A stretch of DNA of 64,000 bases from Bugula neritina (taxonomy: Eukaryota; Animalia; Bryozoa), in assembly GCA_964035545.1 (NCBI GenBank), contig OZ037767.1:12238401-12302400 (forward strand), read 5' to 3'. The position numbers and the translations under genes were made by a program. The notes under the pieces were generated by a model. It saw only the letters and a list, made by a program, of their open reading frames with translations. It searched no databases and was not told the DNA's origin. This document shows, piece after piece, positions 27,648 to 64,000 of the stretch; the first letter of the stretch is position 1, and each line of letters opens with the position of its first letter.

Positions 27648-29104
27648 TCACAGCATATGGCTGTTACACATGGGACATTGAACTTTCTTCTTCAAGCAAT
27701 TTTTCAGACATTTCCCATGGAAAATATGTTTGCATGGCGTGATTCGAGCATGTTTCATAACACTCAAACAAATAGCGCAGACATCATTGTAGCTACTAAG
27801 CTCTACATCTGTGGCTTTGTCAAAGTTACTGAGACACAGTGACTCAGAGTTAATCTTACTGACTATGACTTTGAAGCTTCTAACTGGACAATATATTAAG
27901 AAATAGAGCACCGGTATGTACAGCATGCAGAGGTAAGGCTGAGCGGCAATGGCACTGATGGTGAGCACTACCTCAGCTAGCAGGATCAACCCTTCTGTGT
28001 AATACTGCTCTAAGCCCTCCATTATTTCAATGTTCTGATTCTCCACGACACATTTTATAGCGCTGAGAGTATTAGTGTCAACTAGTGTAAAGTAAGCCAA
28101 GTTCATGAAGCCAAAACCTTTTTGGCAAACGATATCTGCAGCAATGAGAGATAGGAGTGTTATTCTGTAGAGAAGGTTGGTTGGTGTGTTTGTAGCAGGC
28201 TGTTGGACATTGCTGACAGGCTGTACATACTGTTTAAGTTGCCAGGATATGCAAGAATATACACCAGTTATAGCTCCTACATACGCTGCTGAGTACAGAG
28301 TAAGTCCTTCCGTGGCAGTGAATGAAATGGAGACAAACAAGAGCTGCTTGATCCAGTTTGGAGTGCTTCTATTGGTAGTATCATGCTTAGCAGATTGTGA
28401 ATGGTGATAAAGGTCTCGGAAGTTAACGGTTATGTTGAGAAGTTGACTGGTTGGCGTGTAGACAGCCAGGAAGATTGACTCACAGAAGCTGTTGCTGGTG
28501 GACACAGAGAGGTACGACAGAGCCACAGCCACACCAATCAGTAGAATGACTAGGATGGCCGAGTAGTTGACATACCACAGACCTCCGTTCACTGGTGCAC
28601 CTTGGCTAGCAATGGCAGCAAGGAGGGCAGTGCTCACTGTAAGTATAAATATAGACTATAAGTGACTGTTTACCACACTGCTTACACCACACTGTCTACA
28701 ACACACAGCTTATACTGCATAGCCTATAATACATGGTTTACACCAAACACTGTTATGTATATTAAAGAGGTTAGCATTGCAGTTAAGTTATTCATAATCA
28801 ACATATTTAGCAGGTGCTTACCAGGTAAACTAGTACAGATTTGGTAGAGCTTTTCAAATCCACTTTGTGATGGTTTGGAGAGATTCTGTAAAGGGGCATC
28901 TTCAACCAATTTGGGTGCACTGATTGCATGCTTGTCAGAATGGGGAGTTTGCTTGTTGGAACTCTTAGAGATGTTGAAAGTTATTTGGTCAGTTTCTGAG
29001 GACAGCATGATGGTGCTCTGCTGCAAGAAGACAAAATTGATAAGCCAACAAGTCCCTAGTAGTAGCTGCCCCATCTGCTTATTAGTATAAAACATTGATA
29101 TCAT
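27648..29104 (-). CDS. Multi-pass membrane RING-H2 E3 ligase, RNF145/RNF139(TRC8)-like
   Basis: C-terminal ATDVELSSYNDVCAICLSVMKHARITPCKHIFHGKCLKNCLKKKVQCPMC (C3H2C3) follows several hydrophobic segments. ORFs 29104-28724 and 28637-27648 can be joined in frame by an inferred 86-nt GT-AG intron at 28741-28656. A probable non-coding first exon ends at a GTAAGG donor near 29297. Confidence 0.75.
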
Positions 29105-30336
29105 TGACTCTGTTGACCCCCCTTCATCGATCTGGTTCAGGTAAGTGAGAAAAGTTGCATTATCAAAGTTAACAACATTTAGTATTACATGATGGCAATT
29201 TCACCTTATTAACAACTAATACTATATAGTATAAGCTTTCTTGCAGTTATAAATCTTATTAAATTTGAAAAAAATAAGTAACAACTTGAAGCCTTACCTT
29301 TAGTTTCTAATCAGGAGCAAGTTTGGTAAATATATTAGTTGTTTTCCTCAATACAACTCAAGGTTCGCTGTTTTGTCTTCAAAGGTTTGTAACAATCTGG
29401 AATTCAGTTCAGCGGTCTATCAATTTATATCAATGTTACACGTGACTGCACATTCCATACTGCAGTGCCGAGCGTGAATCTTCGCCTTTGTGAGGGAAGG
29501 ATTTAGAAGCTTAAATCTCCCCTTCAAAATATTATATTAATTCATCAAATATACTTGATGCATTGCATGCTTTTGCTCAAAATAAAAATATGAACAATTT
29601 ATTTAATAATAAAATGTTAACAAGCTAAATGTAAGTCTGTATATTTGTTGCAAGTTATCAAGTGCATGCTAATCATACCCCCTCTATTAAAAATATCTAC
29701 TCCACTCCATGTCAAACTCTAGCAAAATTCTGCGTTTTGTAATCATCATTATTGCATTCAGATCCGGTTCAGCTAGTACTATTACATAAATCGGTTTCTT
29801 ATTCCTTTGCAGTTGTATCACGGTATAGTTAGGGCAAAGATTTTACAAGTTACTTTTAAGCTTGAAGTAAGATTACTTACATTATTAGGTATTTTTTATA
29901 TTCTATAACTAAGAACTAGGTCTTAAATGTATGCTCTAGTTTACAACACTAACATACCATACAATAGCAACTGCCATCAGATAATTATTTGGATTCTGCT
30001 TTCAAGACACAAAAAAGAGGAAGTGAGTGCTATGTATATGCTGAAGTTTTATGCATATGAGTTGCCTAGTTAGACTGCATGTCAAAAGTACATGTATGCC
30101 TCATCAGCTGGGCAACCATACAGATGCAGGTTCAACAAAATCTAGTAGAAAAACCCCACCAATTCAACATGACTGGGGATTAGCTCTTGCTGGACATTTC
30201 CTTAGTAATTACTGACCTTTTAATAAGTTTATAAGACAGGATTTTCAAGAATACAGTCTGCTATGCTTTCATTATCACACTCAGTGCTAGCCTAATTACT
30301 TTGATATATTTCTCAAGTTAGCAAGACAATAAAAAT

Positions 30337-30534
30337 TATAGCACCTATGTAGCATCTGGGGAATATAATATAGTACATACTTATAGCATCTCTGTAGCAT
30401 CTGGGGAATATAATATAGTACATACTTATAGCATCTCTGTAGCATCTGGGGAATATAATATAGTACATACTTATAGCATCTCTGTAGCATCTGGGGAATA
30501 TAATATAGTACATACTTATAGCATCTCTGTAGCA
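30337..30534. repeat. 45-bp tandem repeat, about 4.4 copies
   Basis: Unit TATAGCATCTCTGTAGCATCTGGGGAATATAATATAGTACATACT; it explains ORFs 30296-30580 and 30313-30513. Confidence 0.9.
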
Positions 30535-32004
30535 ATTTGGAGGTGTAGTTTGATGCCAGTAAAATCAGTAAAAGCAACATTACAAGAAGCTCTGCAACAT
30601 ATCACCATCAATCAGGTGGAGGCATTACATTTTGCTTGTGATGGGCATATTTATAGGCAAAAAATGGATATTTTAAATTTATACTGTGTGCACTAATGTT
30701 GAACTGAAGCAGTTTATATGTCAAGCAGCAACAACCCACCTTCAAGGCTACCAGGTGAGGTGCCAGTACTAAAACTATGTAGATCTTCAAATTCGCAATA
30801 CTTCAGTATCCATTGAGAGAAACCAGATTAGCTTGTTGGTATTTGACAGCTATAGCAGATATAAATATATGCAAATGGTGATTTCATAGGATGCAAAAAC
30901 GACAGATCAAGTTTGTTGGTCTGTAATAAATGAAGCAGTGTTGGTTGGGTTTGACTGAATGGCTAAAATAGTTGTAGGCTGTATATGCAGCAGATGAATG
31001 GGGGTATTGGTGAGGTAGCAGAACATAGCCTGTGCTCTACCAACAGCTGTGGGTAGCAGAACATAGCCTGTGTTGTTATAGAGATATGTTGACCAAAGTT
31101 GTTATAGAGATTAGAGATATGTTGAAACTATGTTTAAAACTAACGTGGCCAATAATTGGAATTGCCTGAATAATCCAAATTTTAAAATTATGTCAGTTTA
31201 ATAAAAGCTACCAACACTGTGTGCATATTGAGTATATAAGGTTGAAAATCACATGCCATACAATAATACAATGCAGATATGCTAGCATGTCCCCTTGCTG
31301 AATGGCAAGTTTTGAGGGAAATTCTTAGCTACTATAAGTAAAGGACAGGAAAATTCATCTGAACACTGGGAGGTGAGGCTATTATTAGCATGAACAAGTT
31401 AGTAAAGCATTGTCACAGATCTGCATCTCTAACAGATATCCAGAGTTCAACTCAAGATGCTGTTTATTGATCTTAGAGTATTGTTAATTGAATATGTTTA
31501 TAGCCACACCTAGGGCAGGCATGTAACATGGCACTGCCAGCAAGCGTGTACCTACATGGACTCGTCACGCCTGCAAAAAACCTCTCCCTTGCAGCAAATA
31601 AACAGCAAGTGTGTTCTTGTAACTTGCCAGAAATCTCTAGATTTACTGATTTATTCACAAATCCTGAGTAAAAATAGAGCTCTAAATCACTCTCAAGTCC
31701 TCCTCAAGTTACTTTCAATTCACTCTCAATTTACTTTCAAGATAATCTCAGGCATTATGCCTTTGTGTTCTTTAGGACTTGCACTGATTGAACGTTGGCT
31801 TTTTAGTTAGAAGACCCAATTTTGGAAGGTTTAGGATGGAGTTTCTCAATATTGAGTGCAAGAATGGAGATGTTTAAAAGACAGCATAAATGGATAGTAG
31901 AATGAGGCTTTCTTTGGCAGAGTCAGAATTCTGAGAACAATTTACCTGTTGTATAGCAGATATCAAATGTGTCGATTACAAGAATAGTAAACCCTTACAT
32001 TACA

Positions 32005-32082
32005 CATGGTGATACATGATGATACATGGTGATACATGATGATACATGATGATACATGCTTATACATGCTTATACATGCTTA

Positions 32083-32130
<48 letters not shown>
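32005..32130. repeat. 10-bp repeat (GATACATGAT/TATACATGCT) followed by (TG)n
   Basis: Read directly from the sequence. Confidence 0.85.
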
Positions 32131-32135
<5 letters not shown>

Positions 32136-33076
32136 TGTATGAAACATTGCACATTTAGACATGCATGGTCTATGTTCATACTTGTTAGGAATGCATAGCC
32201 CAGTGCATAGGCTCTACTTTTCTGTGTGGGTGGACATCATTTCTAACTATGCACATCCTGTATCAAGTCAAAAACCTACAGCACTCAATTTCAGTATTGA
32301 AAATGTGCAGTGCATGCACACACAAGCCTTAAAGCATAATGCAAGATTTTGGGATTGACGTAAGTGTAAATTTCTAGCACAGCTTGATACAATGCCTCAT
32401 ATCATGTTAATTTGATTTCATTTAAACTCATCTGCTTTCAGGATGTAATGCTTTCATTATATAACAGCAAGACAATTTTAAGCAAATATCAAGTAAAAGA
32501 AGATGTGAAACATTGACGTCAAGTCACTAATGAAGACAAGAGTTTAAAATTACTGACTATGCAACACACGCATATCCAGGAACTCGAATGGCATGTGGCA
32601 GCAGCGAAATGCAGCCCTGGCACATGATTATGTAACAGCAACTGCTTACCATGAGCTCCAATAGAAGTCAGCAGTTTAATTATACAATAACTCACTACAT
32701 TTCCATGCTTGCATTATGCAAATGGTTTTTTATTGACGTTTAAGAACAGTTGCACAGCAACTACAAATTCATCGTGGAGCATCCATTGCATAATCCTAAT
32801 CAATGAAAATACAGTGATAGAATTATAACTGGGCCATAGTATATCTCTAATATGTTGTTAAACTGTTAAAATATGGTATTGTTATAGTAATGAATGCTCA
32901 TTGTTTATCTAGCATGGCATCAGCTAGCCAATTAATGTAGGAAAAGTCAAATATCCGAAGGAAAACTTCTGATACAAATTTGTTATGTAAAAATTTGTTC
33001 GAAGTCTCGCTATTGATTGTGTGTTGACTATTTGATGCAAAACCACAGGACTCTAAATGCCTAAGGCATTATTTAC

Positions 33077-33206
33077 TTCTGCACTAACTCTAGAGTGAGA
33101 CTTGAGTCACCTCTGCACTAACTCTAGAGTGAGACTTGAGTCACCTCTGCACTGACTCTAGAGTGAGACTTGAGTCACCTCTGCACTGACTCTAGAGTGA
33201 GACTTG
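33077..33206. repeat. 34-bp tandem repeat, about 3.8 copies, containing the palindrome ACTCTAGAGT
   Basis: Unit CTCTGCACTRACTCTAGAGTGAGACTTGAGTCAC. Confidence 0.9.
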
Positions 33207-35751
33207 ACCTGGAGCCTATATTATGTCTTCACCAACGACCTACATGAAAAGGAGTTGATAATCAACAGACTTGTATGAACTCTGCAACACAGAATAAGGA
33301 TAAAAATAATCACTCAATGCAGCGAAACTTGAAATTATACTGTTTGTCTGTCTGTTTGTTTGCCACAGAAACAGCAAAAGTAGTTAGTTTAATATCTGTT
33401 ATACAAACTAGATGATATATAAGCACTTGTAACTGTAGAGACAGCCAGTATTGGTAAATAATCTATATTTGCAAAAGAATAACATTAAAAGTTACCATAA
33501 CCAACATAATGTCATCTAGCTTTTCACATCATCATAGCAACTGTTGTTACTTAAAGTTACAGAGATGAGCAAAATTCTTGTTACATAAAATTGGCAAGTC
33601 TTAGTGTGCTAAACTTTTAAATTAGTTATATTAAGATTTGTTACCAATCAGCACTAATTACAGAAGCAATAGCTGCTAGACTCCAGTATATCACTTATTC
33701 AAATTCAAACCTTGAATATTTACATACAGGCATAGCTGTTGTTGCTCGTATCAACACCATTGTCACATAATGTATATAGCACATTGATTAATTTCAAAGG
33801 TAAAGCTGCCAAGTAAAAAACTCACATGTGAAAAACCCTGATAGCAAGAGCTCTTTAAAAAGCATTAAAGCTGGCTAAGGACTTGTTTCTAATGTGATAC
33901 AGGAGCAATTGCATTGGCTGAATGCCCTTCCTAACATGACTGCAGCCTGTGCTTTACTAGGCCAGAGCTAGTATTGACTAATGGAGCAAAAAGACAGTAT
34001 AGCTTATTGTTAAACTTGAGTAATTAATGCTACCATAAACTTACAAACATATACATATAATCATCTGTATACAGCATTCAAGCTTCTATCAAGAAATATG
34101 AATCTCCGTGGTACACCACTGACATTGAGCCATAACATTATAGGGTGGAAGCATTTTCATCGCCTTTATAGGCTATATGTTCACAATACTGCAATAAAGA
34201 AATTAAAGATCATTCTAAACAGTGCATTATAAAACTTATCATTTGCATGTGCTATAAAAATTTGACTACTTACTTTGCCTACGACATTCTTGTGGGTGTA
34301 ACTTTAAGGATTGAAATCTTCAAGATCTTGTCACTTGATATTCTGCTATTTTTAACTCCTCAAGGAGGTTCCCTCTGCACAGTAATAAAACAAAGTTTAT
34401 ATAATGGTTGAATTATATGCAATTTTGACTGAGTTTTGACTATTAGCAAATTAACCTCTGCTCAAAGCTATACCTCAATTCATTAAAGTACATGAGGAAT
34501 GAGCTTATATTCTAAACTTTCTAATGACTAATAGTTGAGCTAGAACATATTTACAAGGCTTATAGCAGAACAGAAGTTTTATAGGTCTGGAAGCATTCTC
34601 TTGGACAAAAGTTCTCAAAAATCACACTTACGAATATTTATGAAAATGACTTTTGTCAAATAATTTAGGGTTAAATAATTCCTGTATGGTTGGAAAGGTA
34701 AACGGTTCCTTGGTATGATGACAATAGTAAGCACATCTGTCTGGTGGGGAGAGGTATATGAAATCTGCTACCATATTTTCAAGCTGACAAGTATATGAAC
34801 AAAAAGAAAATTCTCCCAGCTTTCACTGCTCTGCAGATGTAAACAGTGATCTGAGTAGAAAATTGTGGTCACCATTTCTCTTGCTTTGTTTCCCATACTT
34901 AGTTGTTTTCAAGTAATATTCTTGGCCTAAAAAACCTTCATTAATTTCTCCATTTTAGTCAGCAGAAAAAAATAACCTGCTTTAACTCATAGCCAAAATT
35001 ATTTTTAATTTGAGTTGTTATCTTGCATATTGCTACATAATGTACAGGTATAGAATAAGCTATGAATATAGATTCACACGCAGCTTATAACTACATTTGA
35101 ACCCATCCATCGTACTGCCATGTATTCTAACTTTTCTAATAAAACAACAATGAAGCAATGACTTTAATTAGTTTTGAAAACTCAGAAAACACAGCAGCCA
35201 TACTATCCAGTTAACAAAGTGTAATGATGGATGAATTGGCAGCATAGGATTCAGGATCACAACAGCTTTGATATCAAATTAAGGAACACAAATATTTTAG
35301 TAGCTGATGAATAACTCACCAATGGTGAATAATGAACAAGTGAATAAGCTGCTAGTTTATAAATGATAACGGGAAGTACCAGCTTCCTGTTTACATGGAA
35401 TATCACTGCCAGGGAATCTCCCCACCCTAGTCTGGTCTAAAAATAGAATGTTTGAAGCGAAATTGTTATTGTTGTTGGCTGTCTGATATGTACACTGGGA
35501 TATCCCTAGCAAAGGTTTTGACATAAACCAGACATTTTAATCACCAGAGCTGCGTTTATATTATAGTTCTTATGCATGCCTGAGCATTACAAAAATACTT
35601 TATCATCTTAGCAACTGGCATGTATTCAAAACAGCTGTAATTACCAGGCACTATGTCCACATGCTGAATAGTAGATGTATGTTAACTAATTCTAATTTGA
35701 GCACATGAAACTATTAGTAATACAATGTTTTCATCAAATTTTATCGCTCTC

Positions 35752-35852
<101 letters not shown>

Positions 35853-37794
35853 CCTATAGCCTTATATATAGGCCTATATATAAACTTCTGTTGCTTGCAC
35901 TGCAGGAAACATCTTATAAAAGGAGTTGGCCCAGATCAAAAAACAGATTGTAGGACAATACTATAACTGAAGGATCATAACAAAACAAGCATAATTGCTG
36001 AGATACTATTATTGAGAACACATACATACACATGGATTTGTATTTTCAAAATCAATTTTTTACATTAGATCAAAATTTATAGTTTGACTGCAGTCAGCCT
36101 GCACTGCAGCTTTTACAAGTGAATTATAGACTCTAAATGAAAAAATATCCAACCAATACTAAGGAGTAATTTACAATCATATCTAAACGCATTTATAGAG
36201 TCCAGGTGATAAAAGTGAGACAACTCATAAGAAGCATCCTCTTTTAAACCAACTACGAATTACTGGAATAATTTCATGTCAATATATAAACTAATACATA
36301 ATTTACCACCAAAGTTATAGGCATTAGAAACAGTGGCATGAAACTTTAATATTTAGCAATTTATATAATTTATAGGATAAAAATGCACTGTATGTTCAGT
36401 TATCATTTAGTTTAGTTGCAACAGAAAATGATCACAACAGCTAATATATGTATTCCATACTAATCAGCTACTTCCCATTTGTAGAATAAATTAAAAGAAA
36501 AACCCATACAGGTTCTTCCGCTGAAACTACTGCAGTGATAACATAGTTACAGTATTAACAACAGCATAATAGAAATGCTTTGGCAATGGTAAAGACTAAT
36601 GTGGTGACACTAGCTATGTCTTTGGTACTCCGACAGTAGTATTGACTACTAGCACCAACAGTGGGTGACTCTAGTTGTGGATGTCAGCATTGTCTAATGA
36701 CAAAGCAAAAGTGATAGCAGTGCCTTTTGTGGAAATACCTGCAGGTGCTCCCTGGCTTTTATTTTGATAAAAACTATTATTTATTTTAAAATATTTAAAA
36801 ATGTTTTTCTAGTTCATAAATTATTAGAGTACAATTTGTCTGAAGTAAGTTTAAGAGGAAATTAACTTTTTCCATTCATGTTGACAGCAAAAGTAAGCAT
36901 GCCACACACCCTGCTTGTTGAACTCTGGTATTAGTCAGCACATTCTAGAGATGAGTATTACAGAGCCAACGATAGGGTGATGTTGGGTATCGGATTTGTT
37001 AACACATGCATTGCTAAGAGAGAAGTCAAGATTCAGTCGGATATTCACAATAATATGCTCATTAATCAGGATATACAAGTGCAGATTGTGTGTGGTAGTC
37101 TAGTCTAGATGACTAGATATAAGTAGACTTAGGTATGAGCTAGGACTATGTTTAGTCTGGGAGTAAGAAGGATAAGGTAATGTACACAGGTAACAATCGA
37201 CTGTAGTTTAACTCTAATCCCTATAAGTATTCAACAAGTAAACCACAGAAGTTGATGGTTTTCCGTGAGAGCTAGATAATCTTTCAGCAATCTAGAAATA
37301 TGGTTTTTGCTGACAACCGGTTCCTAATTTAGCAATAAGCTAAGCAACTTCTGCTTTACAGACTTTACAGAACAGTTGAAGCTCTCATTGCAAAAAAATT
37401 TATCAAAAACTTCTTAATTTCAGTACCATAATCTTCTCTCGTTTTAAGGAAACCTACAAAACTAAATTCCGGCTTACAAATTAACTTTACCTGGTTCTAT
37501 CTATAGCATTACAACAACACAGAAAAGTAAAGACTTTTCGCACAAAATTTTACATGACTAGCAATAGGAACAAATGCATATTATATATATTATATGTATT
37601 TCGTAAGCCTAAATTTGTATTTAAAATGAGCGACTTGCACTTTCATTAACTATGAAACTGGGGAACTGCCCAGAATGACAATACAGGACTTTATTCTACC
37701 ATAAAGTTGCTGGAAGACACATTCTACACACAGCTCATGAGCTTAAAGTTTAAACAATATGCCTATACATTCTGTGGGATGGACCTGGTTGACA

Positions 37795-38495
37795 GAGTTA
37801 ACTCTCAGGTGGGATAAAAGTAAACGGACAGGTGGGATAAGAGTTAACTGACAGGTGGGATAAGAGTTAACTGACAGGTGGGATAAGAGTTAACTGACAG
37901 GTGGGATAAGAGTTAACTGACAGGTGGGATAAGAGTTAACTGACAGGTGGAATAAGAGTTAACTGACAGGTGGGGTAAAAGTAAACGGACAGGTGGGATA
38001 AGAGTTAACTGACAGGTGGGATAAGAGTTAACTGACAGGTGGGATAAGAGTTAACCCACAGGTGGGATAAGAGTTAACTGACAGGTGGGATAAGAGTTAA
38101 CTGACAGGTGGGATAAGAGTTAACTGACAGATGGGGTAAGAGTTAACTGACAGGTGGGATAAGAGTTAACTGACAGGTGGGGTAAGAGTTAACTGACAGG
38201 TGGGATAAGAGTTAACTGACAGGTGGGATAAGAGTTAACTGACAGGTGGGATAAGAGTTAACTGACAGGTGGGATAAGAGTTAACTGACAGGTGGGATAA
38301 GAGCTAACCCACAGGTGGGATAAGAGTTAACTGACAGGTGGGATAAGAGTTAACTGACAGGTGGGATAAGAGTTAACCCACAGGTGGGATAAGAGTTAAC
38401 TGACAGGTAGGATAAGAGTTAACTGACAGGTGGGATAAGAGTTAACTGACAGGTGGGATAAGAGTTAACTGACAGGTGGGATAAGAGTTGACCCT
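37795..38495. repeat. 23-bp minisatellite (CAGGTGGGATAAGAGTTAACTGA)n, about 30 copies
   Basis: Read directly from the sequence; no spacers. Confidence 0.95.
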
Positions 38496-39062
38496 CAGGA
38501 TGAAGATAAGCTGTTGACATGATGGGCGATGAATCATAAACATATGTGCGCCTTCCTAAGAATTTACACTTAGTTTCCTATAAATTTTACAATTTTATCA
38601 TAAGAGGGAGAAAACTTACTAGAAATGATTGTCTGAGACTGTAAGTCCTGAATGCTAAACTAGTATCTCCAATATTATTTGCTGCTTGAATGTTCAGTGA
38701 AAGTTCAAGGAACAAACTGCAACTCAACATAGAATATGTTTCACATCTAGAAGTATCTCTATGGTAGTTCACAGTGTTAATCTAACTGTGCACAGGCAAT
38801 GGTTTTTGTTTTTATGATAATGGAACTTTTAAAGGAATAAACATATAGCTCATATTTTATAAAAAATGATTATAATTTACTACAAAGTGCCCAATAAAAT
38901 GTAAAACTATCACCATTCAGAATATGAAACTATAGATATATTTACAAATAGAGTTGTATTTACATAATTTACATGACAACAGCCCCACTATATTTTCATC
39001 ATAGCGTCATGTGAGACACACAGTCTAACCATCAGGTGTGGCTGTTTAATAGAATCCCTCAT

Positions 39063-62782
<23,720 letters not shown>

Positions 62783-62989
62783 TAAAGTAAATGTTTTTAT
62801 AGCATGCAACATCATGTATAGCATAGCATTTCCTATAGATTAAAGCATAGTATAGTATATAGCCATATACCATAGTTAGTTAGTATCCCCTTCCTCCCCC
62901 TCCCTCCCCCTCTCTCCCCGCCTCAGCCCGGACAACGAAGAAAGAGTACAAGAAACAGGCACAAACCCAGCAGCACAGCATCCAGCGCA

Positions 62990-63297
<308 letters not shown>

Positions 63298-63319
63298 TAT
63301 CTTTCTAGATAGAGTATGA

Positions 63320-63890
63320 TGTCTTTCTGCAAGTTATTAGGTGGCTCCAGAGTTTAATCCACGACCTGCATATACGATCACAGTGTTGGCATAAAAATTA
63401 ATCATTCATTTGAGTCTCTGTTGACCTGAGCCTACCCTTTTTTCCTGCTTTTAGCTTTTCTTTTTGTCTCTGTGTCTCATTTTAAAAAATATGCACACCA
63501 CTATGTAACACAGATCCTCATCTGGTCCTTCTAACAGCATTCCATTTTCAGGTTTTGGTTCTGATATGGCAGCGCTTCATGCTGTCTTTGAGACAGTCTT
63601 GACGTGTTTCTTGTGTCTACGTTAATAGGACTTCTTTCTATTTTCCAGTTCACATAGAGCATTGGCTTTTGAATACGTTTGTTGTACATTCTGACCAGAT
63701 GTCCGGCCTATCAAAGTCTGTTCTTGATGATAAGAATTTTAGGCTCAGTATTTTTGTCTCCTGGTGCACGCTGTTTTTGGGCTGATCAGTCCATTTGATT
63801 TGCAGTAAACCTTGTAGTTTCTTCATATAGTAATCTTTCAGATTCTTCATATCCATATTTTAGGTGATTCAAGCTTCTGAGGCATAGAGT
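63320..63890 (-). mobile_element. Degraded 3' fragment of an RTE-clade non-LTR retrotransposon
   Basis: Frameshifted minus-strand peptides LYASEA*, LLQIKWTD, GHLVRM, CLKDSMKRCHI and C-terminal CQHCDRICRSWIKLWSH resemble RTE ORF C-termini. Confidence 0.7.
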
Positions 63891-63891
63891 C

Positions 63892-64000
63892 ATCACTCAC
63901 TCGCTCGCTCAATCACTCCGCTCACTCACTCACTCACTCACTCACTCACTCACTCACTCACTCACTCACTCACTCACTCACTCACTCACTCACTCACTCA
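63892..64000. repeat. (CTCA)n microsatellite
   Basis: Read directly from the sequence. Confidence 0.95.

Noticed and set aside
4280-35320. Other CTGATGA occurrences (near 4286, 8643, 11646, 35304) as hammerhead cores
   Set aside because: No helix II followed by GAAA and NUH at the right spacing.
37795-38495. CRISPR-like regular repeats
   Set aside because: Units are contiguous with no unique spacers, there are no cas genes, and the context is eukaryotic.

Overview
AT-rich genomic DNA from an animal, probably an invertebrate (inferred from spliceosomal introns, gene content and repeat types). Five host genes can be reconstructed by hand: a CEP170-like FHA gene (minus strand, with a U12-type AT-AC intron), a divergent CYP26-like cytochrome P450 (plus), an RNF145/RNF139-like membrane RING-H2 gene (minus), RNF113A/CWC24 (minus, 7 exons) and, head-to-head with it, an EML5/EML6-like gene (plus, running off the window end). 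The main finding is EML intron 15 (53663-62519, about 8.9 kb), a nest of three different Penelope-like retroelement (PLE) families inserted at (TA)n tracts. It holds (A) an ORF-less 541-bp palindrome, (B) a 5'-truncated RT+GIY-YIG element whose RT motif reads YRDN, and (C) an apparently intact 707-aa element arranged as an inverted 3' end plus about 1.9 head-to-tail units of 2602 bp. Together they carry six minimal type I hammerhead ribozyme motifs, three on each strand. Also present are MITE-like and Helentron-like small elements, a tRNA-Thr-derived pseudogene or SINE head, an RTE LINE fragment and many mini- and microsatellites. All coordinates and gene models were read by eye; no database searches or folding programs were run.
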